Source of the DNA: Flavipsychrobacter sp.
Lineage (GTDB): Bacteria > Bacteroidota > Bacteroidia > Chitinophagales > Chitinophagaceae
Reading direction: 5' to 3'
Assembly (NCBI GenBank): GCA_044224775.1
Contig: JBGAJU010000004.1
Span: 18,084 to 82,083, forward strand
DNA length: 64,000 bases
Part shown: positions 19,539-28,781 of the stretch, piece after piece
Layout: each line of letters begins with the position of its first letter
Position numbering within the stretch: position 1 is the stretch's first letter
Translations under genes and position numbers: made by a program
The notes under the pieces: model-generated
The model's database searches: none
What the model saw: the letters and a program-made list of their open reading frames with translations, nothing else
What the model was told of the DNA's origin: nothing

Positions 19539-22361
19539 TTATTTGATGATCATCATACTGCTGTTTGACTGCGGAGCCCCTGCCGGTGTGTGTGTAAAGT
19601 TCCAGATGAGGTTAAGCATGCCGTAACGGCGGATGGTGTTGTAACTATCCTGTGTAATAGTATTGCCCTGCGCTGTGCGGCTGAAGCCAATGTTCTGATT
19701 CAATATATCGAATACGGACAGTCTCAGCTCCAACTGGCTTTTCTTCAAAAATTTCTTGCCTACCCATGCGTTCCATTTCACAACATTATTATTGGTGGTG
19801 AAAACCGCTGTCTTCTCGCGGATCATTACATCCACCGATGAACCTATTTCAAACTTCAACGGTAGTTGAACATTGCCACGGAAACCACACTCGTATGTGC
19901 TATATGTTGTGGAATTGGTGCCGATAGAAGATGTGTTGCTGTGATAAGTGTAGCGCGGCTCTAAAGTGAGCTCGTATTTATCAACCTTATTATGGCTAAA
20001 GTATGGGGCAATGCTGATGCTGCTATTATCTGTGCTATTGCGCCTGTAGGTGACCTTTCCGGACATGTCCTGCGTTCCGATGCTGTCGTTGGCATGATAC
20101 AAAGTAGGATTGAATTGCAGGCCTACATCCAGGTTCAGCTTTTTTATTTTGAATCCATAGCCTATAAATGCCCAGCCCATGTAGTTGCCCTGTACATTTA
20201 TATACTGAGTTGTATTTACACCGTTGATAAATGCCTGTTTTACACCTATGTCGTTATCCTTATAGGTGAAAGAAACATTGCCCCACAGATACCTGTTGCT
20301 CAGTACTTTGTAATCATTAAAGCGCAGATCAAATTTATGGCTGAATCCCTGAACAAGATCCGGGTTACCAATTGTTATGTTCAAAGGGTCTGTATTCTGG
20401 CGGAGCGGTTGGGTTTGTGCAAAAGTGGGTTGTATCGTTCGGCCTGCATATCTTATTTTAATGCTTGTCTGCTTACTCAGGTTGTAAGCAAAATCAACAC
20501 TGGGCATCAGGTTAACGTATGTGAATGTATGCGAGGTGTCGTGATAGAGTTTATTTGTCTGGCGATAATCTGTATTAGAAACATCGCTGCCTAAAGAGAC
20601 ATTGAACTTCTCTGATACATATTTGAAGTTAAGCCCTCCCGTATTGGACAGCACATTGTACGTGAAATGGCTGCTGAAGTTATAATCCAACGAATCGCCT
20701 TTATCAATGTCGTATGAGTAGTTGTGACCGTCATTATTATTAACATTTATGCCGTAATTCACTTCGGCATATATTTTTTTAGAAATCGGCTCGGTATAGG
20801 CTACCTTTGCAGCGACCCCAAGCGTAGTTGAGCTGATATCCTTTCGCTGATTAAAACCCGAATCGTTCACCCCGGGCACATCAAATGCTATATTTGAACG
20901 CAACGAACCTGTATCTTTCGAATTCCTGTATTCCTCCCTTACATCCAGAGAAATTGTACGGCCTTTTTTTGCAAATTTCTTTCTCAACAAAATATTTGCA
21001 TTCACATATTCTGCAGTTCCTTTACTTAATATACTGCGTGTATTGGTATTAATAGGCGTACGGACGTCACCGGTATCCAATATATAGCTGGCCGTACTGT
21101 CATTTGTATTGCTGTTTGTATTTTTTCTTCCCGCATCTGCACTGACCTTTATGGATGTATTCGTGTCTATTTTTATTTCGTACATCGCATCTATACTGTG
21201 CCGCTCAGCCCTGTTTGCCTGTGTTCTGCGCTTATCATATACGATCCTGGATGCATCGGGTAATACATTCTGTATCATATTACTTCCTGAAATGTCCACT
21301 TGTTGTTGCCCGTAGCGATAATTCTCTGTTGTGTGGTTTTTGCCCCATTTATCGGCAAAATGGGCACCCCCGGTAATAGTTTGCGGAAACCCCTGGCCGT
21401 TATACTTGCCGTTGTACCCACTGAAATCATTATTATCTGGGCTTCCGGTTGTGAACATCACCCCATCCACAAATTGCGCGTCCCGTCCGCCATTCCCGAA
21501 TTTATCGTTATCCTGCCACCCCAGGCCGGCTTTATCTGTATTTGAAGCTATGGCAAAAGCAGATGCCTGCCTCTTTGCTTTGAATGCGTTGATCATACCC
21601 TGCCCCTGGTAGTAATTGTCTGTACCTCCGCCGGCATCCAGCTTACCGAAGTAGCCCTTCTTCTTTTCTTCTTTCAGCTCCAGGTTAATGGTCTTGGTTT
21701 TCTGTCCGTCGTCAATACCTGTAAACTCTGCCTGGTCGCTTTTCTTATTATATACCTGTACTTTCTTAACCGCATCTGCCTGCAGGTTTTGGGTAACCAC
21801 TTTAGGATCATCAGAGAAAAATTCTTCGCCATCCACTAAGATCTTCTGAACTGTTTCGCCCTGTGCGGTAATGTTTCCGTTCTTGTCTACCTGTATACCC
21901 GGCAATCTTTTCAACAGGTCTTCAACTGTAGCATTCTCTTTCACTTTGAAGCTATCGGCCATATACTCCGTGGTGTCTCCCTTGATCTTGATGGCGGCTA
22001 CTTGCTGTGTAAGTACAAATTCTTTCAGCAGGTGCGCTTTGGATATGAGTGGTTTTTCGCCAACATCAGTTGTATTCTTTTTTATCTCCAGTACTTCCAG
22101 GTAATCAACAAAACCGGGGAACGATATGCGCAGCATGTACTTTCCTTTGTTGGAAACATGCAAATCAAATTTGCCATCTGGAACAGTACGCGTATGTGTT
22201 TCTATGACGGAATCTGCATAACGGATGACCACAATGGAGGCACGGTGCAGCGGTACATCGTTCAGCGTATCCTTTACCGAACCTTTTATGGTATAGTTCT
22301 GCGCTAGGGCGGGCAGAAATGAGCAAAAGAGTATGATTATTATGAAGGAGAGTTGCTTCAT
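19539..22361 (-). CDS. Outer-membrane beta-barrel receptor-like protein with an N-terminal CarboxypepD_reg domain
   Basis: Signal peptide MKQLSFIIIILFCSFLPALAQ. CarboxypepD_reg-like region IKGSVKD...GKYMLRISFPGF. Plug-like region LKRLPGIQVDKNGNITAQGETVQKILVDGEEF. A long barrel follows. ATG at 22361 preferred over 22436. Confidence 0.8.
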   Translation of the reverse strand: MKQLSFIIIILFCSFLPALAQNYTIKGSVKDTLNDVPLHRASIVVIRYADSVIETHTRTVPDGKFDLHVSNKGKYMLRISFPGFVDYLEVLEIKKNTTDVGEKPLISKAHLLKEFVLTQQVAAIKIKGDTTEYMADSFKVKENATVEDLLKRLPGIQVDKNGNITAQGETVQKILVDGEEFFSDDPKVVTQNLQADAVKKVQVYNKKSDQAEFTGIDDGQKTKTINLELKEEKKKGYFGKLDAGGGTDNYYQGQGMINAFKAKRQASAFAIASNTDKAGLGWQDNDKFGNGGRDAQFVDGVMFTTGSPDNNDFSGYNGKYNGQGFPQTITGGAHFADKWGKNHTTENYRYGQQQVDISGSNMIQNVLPDASRIVYDKRRTQANRAERHSIDAMYEIKIDTNTSIKVSADAGRKNTNSNTNDSTASYILDTGDVRTPINTNTRSILSKGTAEYVNANILLRKKFAKKGRTISLDVREEYRNSKDTGSLRSNIAFDVPGVNDSGFNQRKDISSTTLGVAAKVAYTEPISKKIYAEVNYGINVNNNDGHNYSYDIDKGDSLDYNFSSHFTYNVLSNTGGLNFKYVSEKFNVSLGSDVSNTDYRQTNKLYHDTSHTFTYVNLMPSVDFAYNLSKQTSIKIRYAGRTIQPTFAQTQPLRQNTDPLNITIGNPDLVQGFSHKFDLRFNDYKVLSNRYLWGNVSFTYKDNDIGVKQAFINGVNTTQYINVQGNYMGWAFIGYGFKIKKLNLDVGLQFNPTLYHANDSIGTQDMSGKVTYRRNSTDNSSISIAPYFSHNKVDKYELTLEPRYTYHSNTSSIGTNSTTYSTYECGFRGNVQLPLKFEIGSSVDVMIREKTAVFTTNNNVVKWNAWVGKKFLKKSQLELRLSVFDILNQNIGFSRTAQGNTITQDSYNTIRRYGMLNLIWNFTHTPAGAPQSNSSMMIIK

Positions 22362-22485
22362 AGATCTGGTGGTTCGTTTTTTATATGCTGAAACAGAACA
22401 TAAAACAACGAAATAAATCAGTGGTGGTGCTACCACTAAAGGGGTAGTTAAGAATAATTAACTTTTTATTAGATGTTTTACCAGC

Positions 22486-25400
22486 CTATTTCCCGGTGCC
22501 TACCTGTGCTTTGTACCCTTGAGGCCTTTCGTGGTTAACAGGGTAGCCGAGCGATTCATAAATGTAATCCTGTGCAGTGGTGCGCACGCTCAGTTTATTG
22601 ATCTTGGTATTGGAGCCCGAAGGATAAACGCGGTTAGAAAGGAACACAAATACAATACCTGTTCCCGGGTCTGCCCATACACAGGTGCCTGTGAAACCCT
22701 GGTGGCCAAATGCAGATGCCGTAACCCTGTCGCCGGCACCGCCACCATTATCCTCCTGTGGTAACGGCTTGTCAAAACCAAGTGCGCGGTGGCTCAACCG
22801 GCTGCCATAGGCCGTGAAAAGGTCAACCGTAGAAGCTTTAAAATAGCGTTTGCCGTTGAAAGACCCTTTGTTCAGCAGCATCTGGAAAATAGCAGCTACA
22901 TCCTGTGCTGTTGCAAACAAACCGGCATGGCCACCCACACCACCCAGCATAGCTGCACCGGGATCGTGCACATAACCACAAAGGGTCTGGTTCCTGAAGC
23001 CCTGATCGATCTCGGTGGGTGCGATCTGCGATTCGCTGAATTTCTTCAGCGGCAAATAAGTGATACGTTTCAGGCCCATGGGTTTGTAAAATTCGTCGTC
23101 TACATATTTATCTATTGTTTTGCCGGTTATCTGTTTTACCACTGCAGCAAGGAAATAGAAGTCAAGATCACTGTACACCATTTTACCGGTGTTATCTAAC
23201 CGGCTGGTATATATCTTCTCCCACATGGTATCAAGGTAGTCGGTACGCATCCACAGGTCTTTGGCAACCTCTATGCCGTACCCTTCCGTTTGTTTGTGTT
23301 TAAATAAGTCTGCCCGCGGGTCTCCATTGTCTTCCGATACATCTTTATAGAAAGGTATCCATCCCTTCAGGCCTGCCTGGTGCAGCAGAATGTCTTTTAT
23401 CTTCAGGTTTTCTTTGTTGGTGTTCTTTGCCTGTGGCAGGTAATCGCCTAATGTTCTATCAAGTGCAATCTTGCCTTGTTCATACAGCCTCATAACAGCC
23501 AGCGTGGTAGATAATACTTTGGTGCAAGAAGCAACATCGTAAAGGGTGTTGGTATCTACCTTCCGCTCTTTGTCGTATTTCATGTAGCCAAACGCCCTGT
23601 CATAGAATATCTTGCCATCTTTAGCTGCCAATACCCTGCAGCCGGGGAATACGCCATTCGCAATGTTGCGGGCCATGAACATATCAATCCTGTCGAGTGA
23701 CTTCTGATCAACAACACCTGCATCAGCCGGGTAGAATACTTTCCTCAGCCTATAGGCAGGCTCATTAGCCAGCTCAGGTATTTTGGTGGTTACAGGACAA
23801 ACGCTCTTGCCGCCTAAACAAGCTGTAACCGGCAGTTTGCCTTTCGGTTTTATTTTTTTGAACAATACATCAGCAACTGTATTTTCTGTGATGGTATCAT
23901 CTTCATACCCCACCATCACTGAACCGGCGCCACAGAAATATTGCATAGCGTAGGCATTGCCCATCAACACCACCATAGTGTTATTGCGGCACCCGGCATA
24001 TTGCAGGAAGGCTATTGCTTCATTGCTTAATCCGTAATTGTTACCGGGCGTGTAGTTAAGATTATGAACCGCAATTATAGTGGCATCGTAGTCTGCAATG
24101 CGGTCCAGCACTTTTTGGGTACTATCCAGCGATGTTCCTTTAGGCAACCAATGAGCACGTACATTATTGAATTTGTCGTTCAATGCCTCATACAGTGGTG
24201 TTGAGTTATTTGCGTTGATACCTACATAACCTACACGCATGGTATAGTTTATCTTGTTCATTACCTGATTGTCATCGCGCACCAGTGTTATAGCGCCTTT
24301 TGCAACTGTTTGGCGCATTCCATCCACATATTGGTTCAGGTCTTCCCACAAGCCACGCGTGTCAATATCTTTCCACCTTGATAATCCAACCTCATACTTA
24401 GCGGCAAGTATCTTTTTCACACTTGTTTCAACTGCATCCCACGAGGCTGCACCTTCTGCCAGCGCCGTTTTAATTCTTGCAATAGCTGTAGGGATATCCG
24501 GCGACATGAGTATCAGGTCATTACCTGCTTTGAATGCCATCAACTCTGCATCACCATCTTTGAAGTATTTAGTGATGCCCTGCATATTCATGGCATCAGT
24601 AATTACCAATCCTTCAAAACCTAACTTGTCTTTCAATAACCCGGTAATGGTATTCTTTGATAATGTCGTTGGCACATGTGGTTGCTTCTCCAATGATGGC
24701 ACTTCAAGATGCGCGATCATGATGCTCTTTATTCCGGCGCTGATAGCCTGTTTGAATGGTACCAGCTCCAAGGTATCTAACTGCGCTAAGGATTTTGGTA
24801 TCAGTGGCATGTCGTTGTGTGAGTCAACATGTGTATCTCCATGTCCGGGAAAATGTTTAGCACAGGCTATCACACCATTGCTTTGCAAGCCACGCATGTA
24901 GGCTACGCCCATTTTAGCCACCCATGTTTTATCCTCACCATAGGAGCGTGTATTGATGACCGGGTTCATGACATTGTTGTTTACATCAACATCCGGTGCA
25001 AAATCTATATTCACTCCCAGCCTGTTGCATTGGCGTGCTATCACACCACCAACACGAAACGCTGTGGCAGTATCGCGTGTGGCGCCTATCATCATCTGGC
25101 GGGGTAGTTTTTTTACACTATCCAGGCGCATACCTATGCCCCATTCAGCATCCATGGCAATAAGCAGCGGCACCTGTGCAATACGCTGATAGTAATTGGT
25201 TAGATTTGCCTGGCGCAACGGGCCACCCTGCATAAAGATGAGCCCGCCCACCTGGTGGTTATTGATGAGTTTCGTAACAAGCTCTTCATTATATTCTTTA
25301 GTACCCGAGTATGCAGCTACCATAAACATTTGCCCAATACGCTCATCTTCTGTGAGCATGTTGTAGACGCTGTCCACCCATTGCTTTTTCAATGCAACAA

Positions 25401-25497
25401 TATCCGGTTGCTTCTGTTTGCTTCTTCTTTGTGCAAAAGCACTCAGGCACAACAATAATGTAAGAGTAGTTAATAAGACACTACGGGAAACACTCAT
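22486..25497 (-). CDS. Fusion protein: GH3 N-terminal domain (NagZ-like beta-N-acetylhexosaminidase) plus a serine beta-lactamase/PBP-like hydrolase
   Basis: GH3 motif KHFPGHGDTHVDSH in the N-terminal half. SxxK motif (DVASCTKVLS) in the C-terminal half. Signal peptide present. Confidence 0.85.
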   Translation of the reverse strand: MSVSRSVLLTTLTLLLCLSAFAQRRSKQKQPDIVALKKQWVDSVYNMLTEDERIGQMFMVAAYSGTKEYNEELVTKLINNHQVGGLIFMQGGPLRQANLTNYYQRIAQVPLLIAMDAEWGIGMRLDSVKKLPRQMMIGATRDTATAFRVGGVIARQCNRLGVNIDFAPDVDVNNNVMNPVINTRSYGEDKTWVAKMGVAYMRGLQSNGVIACAKHFPGHGDTHVDSHNDMPLIPKSLAQLDTLELVPFKQAISAGIKSIMIAHLEVPSLEKQPHVPTTLSKNTITGLLKDKLGFEGLVITDAMNMQGITKYFKDGDAELMAFKAGNDLILMSPDIPTAIARIKTALAEGAASWDAVETSVKKILAAKYEVGLSRWKDIDTRGLWEDLNQYVDGMRQTVAKGAITLVRDDNQVMNKINYTMRVGYVGINANNSTPLYEALNDKFNNVRAHWLPKGTSLDSTQKVLDRIADYDATIIAVHNLNYTPGNNYGLSNEAIAFLQYAGCRNNTMVVLMGNAYAMQYFCGAGSVMVGYEDDTITENTVADVLFKKIKPKGKLPVTACLGGKSVCPVTTKIPELANEPAYRLRKVFYPADAGVVDQKSLDRIDMFMARNIANGVFPGCRVLAAKDGKIFYDRAFGYMKYDKERKVDTNTLYDVASCTKVLSTTLAVMRLYEQGKIALDRTLGDYLPQAKNTNKENLKIKDILLHQAGLKGWIPFYKDVSEDNGDPRADLFKHKQTEGYGIEVAKDLWMRTDYLDTMWEKIYTSRLDNTGKMVYSDLDFYFLAAVVKQITGKTIDKYVDDEFYKPMGLKRITYLPLKKFSESQIAPTEIDQGFRNQTLCGYVHDPGAAMLGGVGGHAGLFATAQDVAAIFQMLLNKGSFNGKRYFKASTVDLFTAYGSRLSHRALGFDKPLPQEDNGGGAGDRVTASAFGHQGFTGTCVWADPGTGIVFVFLSNRVYPSGSNTKINKLSVRTTAQDYIYESLGYPVNHERPQGYKAQVGTGK

Positions 25498-25569
25498 AAA
25501 ACAAATATAATCTTTTCCCGAAAGGAGGGATTTAAAAGTTTTGTGAAGGTTGGGGTTGTTGTGTAGAAG

Positions 25570-26658
25570 CTACCGCGCATCAAAATCTATCACCACGCGC
25601 TCGGTGCGGGGATGTGACTGGCAGGTAAGCACAAAGCCTTTTTCTATTTCGTCGTGCTCCAGGGCATAGTTCACTTCCATCTCCACTTCTCCTTCCGTAA
25701 CTTTTGCACGACAGGTGCAGCAAACGCCACCTTTGCAGGCATAGGGCAAGTCGGCGCCATTTTTCAGTGCTGCATCAAGTATACTCTCGTCGTTATAGCC
25801 AACTTCCATGTCAAAGGTCACCCCATCAAGCGTGATGCTCACTTTGCTCTTTGGCCCTTCGTCTTTTTTGTGAGCGGATGCCCATTTCTCGTGAGACGCT
25901 TTTGGTTGATCGGGAGAGGTGAATAATTCGATGTGCACATTACCCGACGGCATGCCCAGGTCTATAAGCTTCTGGCGTACGGAGAGGATCATTTCCTCCG
26001 GGCCACAGATGAAGGCTTCATTGATGGTACTAATGTCCACCAGTTTTTTGCAGAATTGCTCGCATTTTTCAGCATCTATCCTTCCGCTGAACAGGGGTAC
26101 TTCAACATACTCCCTGCTCAATACATGAAATATGCGCAGGCGCTGCATGTATTTATTCTTCAACCCCTCAATGGCCTCGCGGAAGATGATGCTGTTCTTG
26201 GAGCGGTTGCCGTAAATAAGCGTGAAACTGCTATTGGGCTCATCCTCCAGCACATGTTTCATGATACTCATGATGGGCGTTATACCACTTCCTGCTGCAA
26301 AAGCGAGGTATTCTTTATGTTCGGTTTTGGGCTGCTTGATGGTGAAATTGCCTAAAGGAGGCATAACATCCAGCACATCGCCGGCCTTTAGTTCGCTATG
26401 AGCATAGGTGGAAAATTTGCCTTGCTCCACTTTTTTTACCGCCACCCGTAATTCACCGTCTTTGGGGCTGGTGCATATAGAATAAGAACGGCGAACTTCC
26501 GCATCATCAAAATGGCGCCTGAAAGTGAGGTATTGCCCCGGTGCAAATCGGAATTGTTCGGCCAGTTCCGCAGGTACTTCCAGCGATACCGACACACAAT
26601 CAGCCGTTTCAGGGCGAACATCCTTAACCTTTAAGGGATAAAATTTGAGTGCAGACAT
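25570..26658 (-). CDS. PaaE-like ferredoxin reductase (FAD/NAD-binding domains plus a C-terminal plant-type 2Fe-2S domain)
   Basis: RRSYSICT FAD motif, GSGITPIMS NAD motif, and the C-terminal cluster CKGGVCCTCRAK. Confidence 0.8.
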   Translation of the reverse strand: MSALKFYPLKVKDVRPETADCVSVSLEVPAELAEQFRFAPGQYLTFRRHFDDAEVRRSYSICTSPKDGELRVAVKKVEQGKFSTYAHSELKAGDVLDVMPPLGNFTIKQPKTEHKEYLAFAAGSGITPIMSIMKHVLEDEPNSSFTLIYGNRSKNSIIFREAIEGLKNKYMQRLRIFHVLSREYVEVPLFSGRIDAEKCEQFCKKLVDISTINEAFICGPEEMILSVRQKLIDLGMPSGNVHIELFTSPDQPKASHEKWASAHKKDEGPKSKVSITLDGVTFDMEVGYNDESILDAALKNGADLPYACKGGVCCTCRAKVTEGEVEMEVNYALEHDEIEKGFVLTCQSHPRTERVVIDFDAR

Positions 26659-26718
26659 AAAAACGGGGGCAAATGTAAGAAAATTCTTTCCCTAAAACCT
26701 GTTTGTGGTCAGGGCAAG

Positions 26719-28566
26719 TTAACCCAGCATTCCTTCAAGTTCTTCCTTCTTTATCATCACAAATACTTTTTTGCCATCGGTTGTATATTCCGGTTGGTTG
26801 CAGGCAAAGAGTTCGTCTATTAATGCCTGCTGGCCTTCGGGTTGCATAATGGCGTTCTTGTTGCGGGAGAGGCGGCGGGCCATGTTGACAAGCAGTTGTT
26901 CCGTGCGCTTGCCAACGGCATCGGGCGATTCATGTTTCAGGTGCTCAACAATTTCGTCCAGCACATATTTTTCTTCACCATGAGGCAGGCCTGCCGGAAT
27001 ACCCTGTATCACAAAAGTATGTTGCCCAAAGGGAGCTATGTCAAAACCTATCCGAGCCATATCGGGTAATACTTCGGTCAGTAATAAGGCATCCTGTGGA
27101 GACAATTCATATGACGCCGGAAATAATACCTGCTGCGATGGTGCATCCTGGCTGTTCCATTGCTCCAGCAGCCGCTCGAACCAGATACGCTCTTGTGCCC
27201 GGCGGATATGAATGAGCATCATACCCGACTTAACAGTGGTAGCCAATATGCTACCGTGTATGAGCATTATGTTATTGGCTCCTTTATCCGCTGTTTCGGC
27301 ACCGGTGTCTAAACTTGATTGGAGTGGTGTACTATCACCTACCGGAATATTCAATGCAGTCTGTTGTGCTACAGGCGATTGTGCTATTTCATACAGATCT
27401 TTCCAACGTTTCAGGCTATCCTTCTTTTCTATAAAGTGCGCCTGGCCTTTTTCTGTGAACGTATTGTATAAATAGCCTTTCTGTGTTTCCTCTTTTTGTC
27501 TTTCAGTAAAGGGAAGGTTCACGGAAGATAGCTGCTGTATTTCAGGATTAAGCGTAAAATCCAGTGATGGCGCAATATTGTAGCGCGCAAGAGCGTGTTT
27601 TATGGCGGCATTTAAATATGCGTACATCATCCGGTCATCCTCGAATTTCACTTCCTGCTTGGTGGGGTGCACGTTAACATCTACCCTGGAAGGATCAACC
27701 TCGATGAAGAGAACATAGAATGGGAACGACTCTTTTTCTATCAATGTATCGTAAGCCTGAACTACCGCATGGTTCAAATAAGCATTGCGAATGAATCGGT
27801 TATTAATAAAGAAAAATTGCATGCCACGGGTACGGGTTGCCGCCTCCGGCTTTCCGATAAAACCGTGAATGGTTAGCATGTCGGTTTTCTCTTCAACAGG
27901 TACTAAATTTTTTGAATATGCATTGCCCAGCAATCCTACGATGCGCGTTTTTAGATTACCGGCTTCCAGGTGATATTGCTCGGCGCCATTATTAAAAAAG
28001 CGGAAAGCGATTCCCGGGTTTGCCAGAGCAACACGTGTGAATTCGTCTAATATGTGGCGCAGTTCGGTAGTAGCGCTCTTCAGAAAATGCCTGCGCGCGG
28101 GCACATTATAGAACAAATTTTTTACAGATATGCTGGTGCCGGCATTTATGGCACAAGGTTCCTGCAGCTTCACTTCTGTGCCCTCAATAACAATACGGGT
28201 GCCTGTCTCGCTTACGGCCTGGCGGGTTTTCAGTTCAACCTGGGTGACCGCGGCAATGGATGCAAGCGCCTCTCCCCTGAAACCCATGGTACGTATGGTA
28301 AAAAGATCTTCTATGCTCTTGATCTTAGACGTGGCATGGCGTTCAAAACTCATACGGGCATCGGTCGGGCTCATGCCTTTGCCGTTGTCTATAACCTGTA
28401 TCAGCTCTTTACCGGCATCCTTAATAACCAGTTGGATCTCAGTTGCTCCCGCATCCACTGCATTTTCCAAAAGCTCCTTGACAGCTGATGCAGGGCGTTG
28501 TATTACCTCACCGGCGGCTATCTGGTTAGCAATGTGGTCTGATAAAAGCTGTATTACGTCGGGCAA
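26719..28566 (-). CDS. mutL: DNA mismatch repair protein MutL
   Basis: GHKL ATPase motifs IAAGEVIQRPASAVKELLENAVDAGA, DNGKGM and GFRGEAL. 615 aa. Confidence 0.95.
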   Translation of the reverse strand: MPDVIQLLSDHIANQIAAGEVIQRPASAVKELLENAVDAGATEIQLVIKDAGKELIQVIDNGKGMSPTDARMSFERHATSKIKSIEDLFTIRTMGFRGEALASIAAVTQVELKTRQAVSETGTRIVIEGTEVKLQEPCAINAGTSISVKNLFYNVPARRHFLKSATTELRHILDEFTRVALANPGIAFRFFNNGAEQYHLEAGNLKTRIVGLLGNAYSKNLVPVEEKTDMLTIHGFIGKPEAATRTRGMQFFFINNRFIRNAYLNHAVVQAYDTLIEKESFPFYVLFIEVDPSRVDVNVHPTKQEVKFEDDRMMYAYLNAAIKHALARYNIAPSLDFTLNPEIQQLSSVNLPFTERQKEETQKGYLYNTFTEKGQAHFIEKKDSLKRWKDLYEIAQSPVAQQTALNIPVGDSTPLQSSLDTGAETADKGANNIMLIHGSILATTVKSGMMLIHIRRAQERIWFERLLEQWNSQDAPSQQVLFPASYELSPQDALLLTEVLPDMARIGFDIAPFGQHTFVIQGIPAGLPHGEEKYVLDEIVEHLKHESPDAVGKRTEQLLVNMARRLSRNKNAIMQPEGQQALIDELFACNQPEYTTDGKKVFVMIKKEELEGMLG

Positions 28567-28781
28567 GGAGGCGATTATTTTGAGCTTGTAAAGTTAATGG
28601 GTTACGGGCAATCAAAAACGAACTACAAATGTCAGAATCGCATATTCATAACACACTGAGATCATTCTGCCCCATATCTATTTAATTTAACCACAACCAT
28701 ATTGCATTTCAGGATATTTATACTTAATATTGTAAGCTTTATTTTAAGGAATGTTGTAATTTTTAATTAAACCGTTTTTAA

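Noticed and set aside
24269-24901. 210-aa plus-strand ORF antisense to the GH3/beta-lactamase fusion gene.
   Set aside because: It is a shadow of a 1003-codon gene with clear GH3 and SxxK motifs. The product is Ser-rich and low-complexity.
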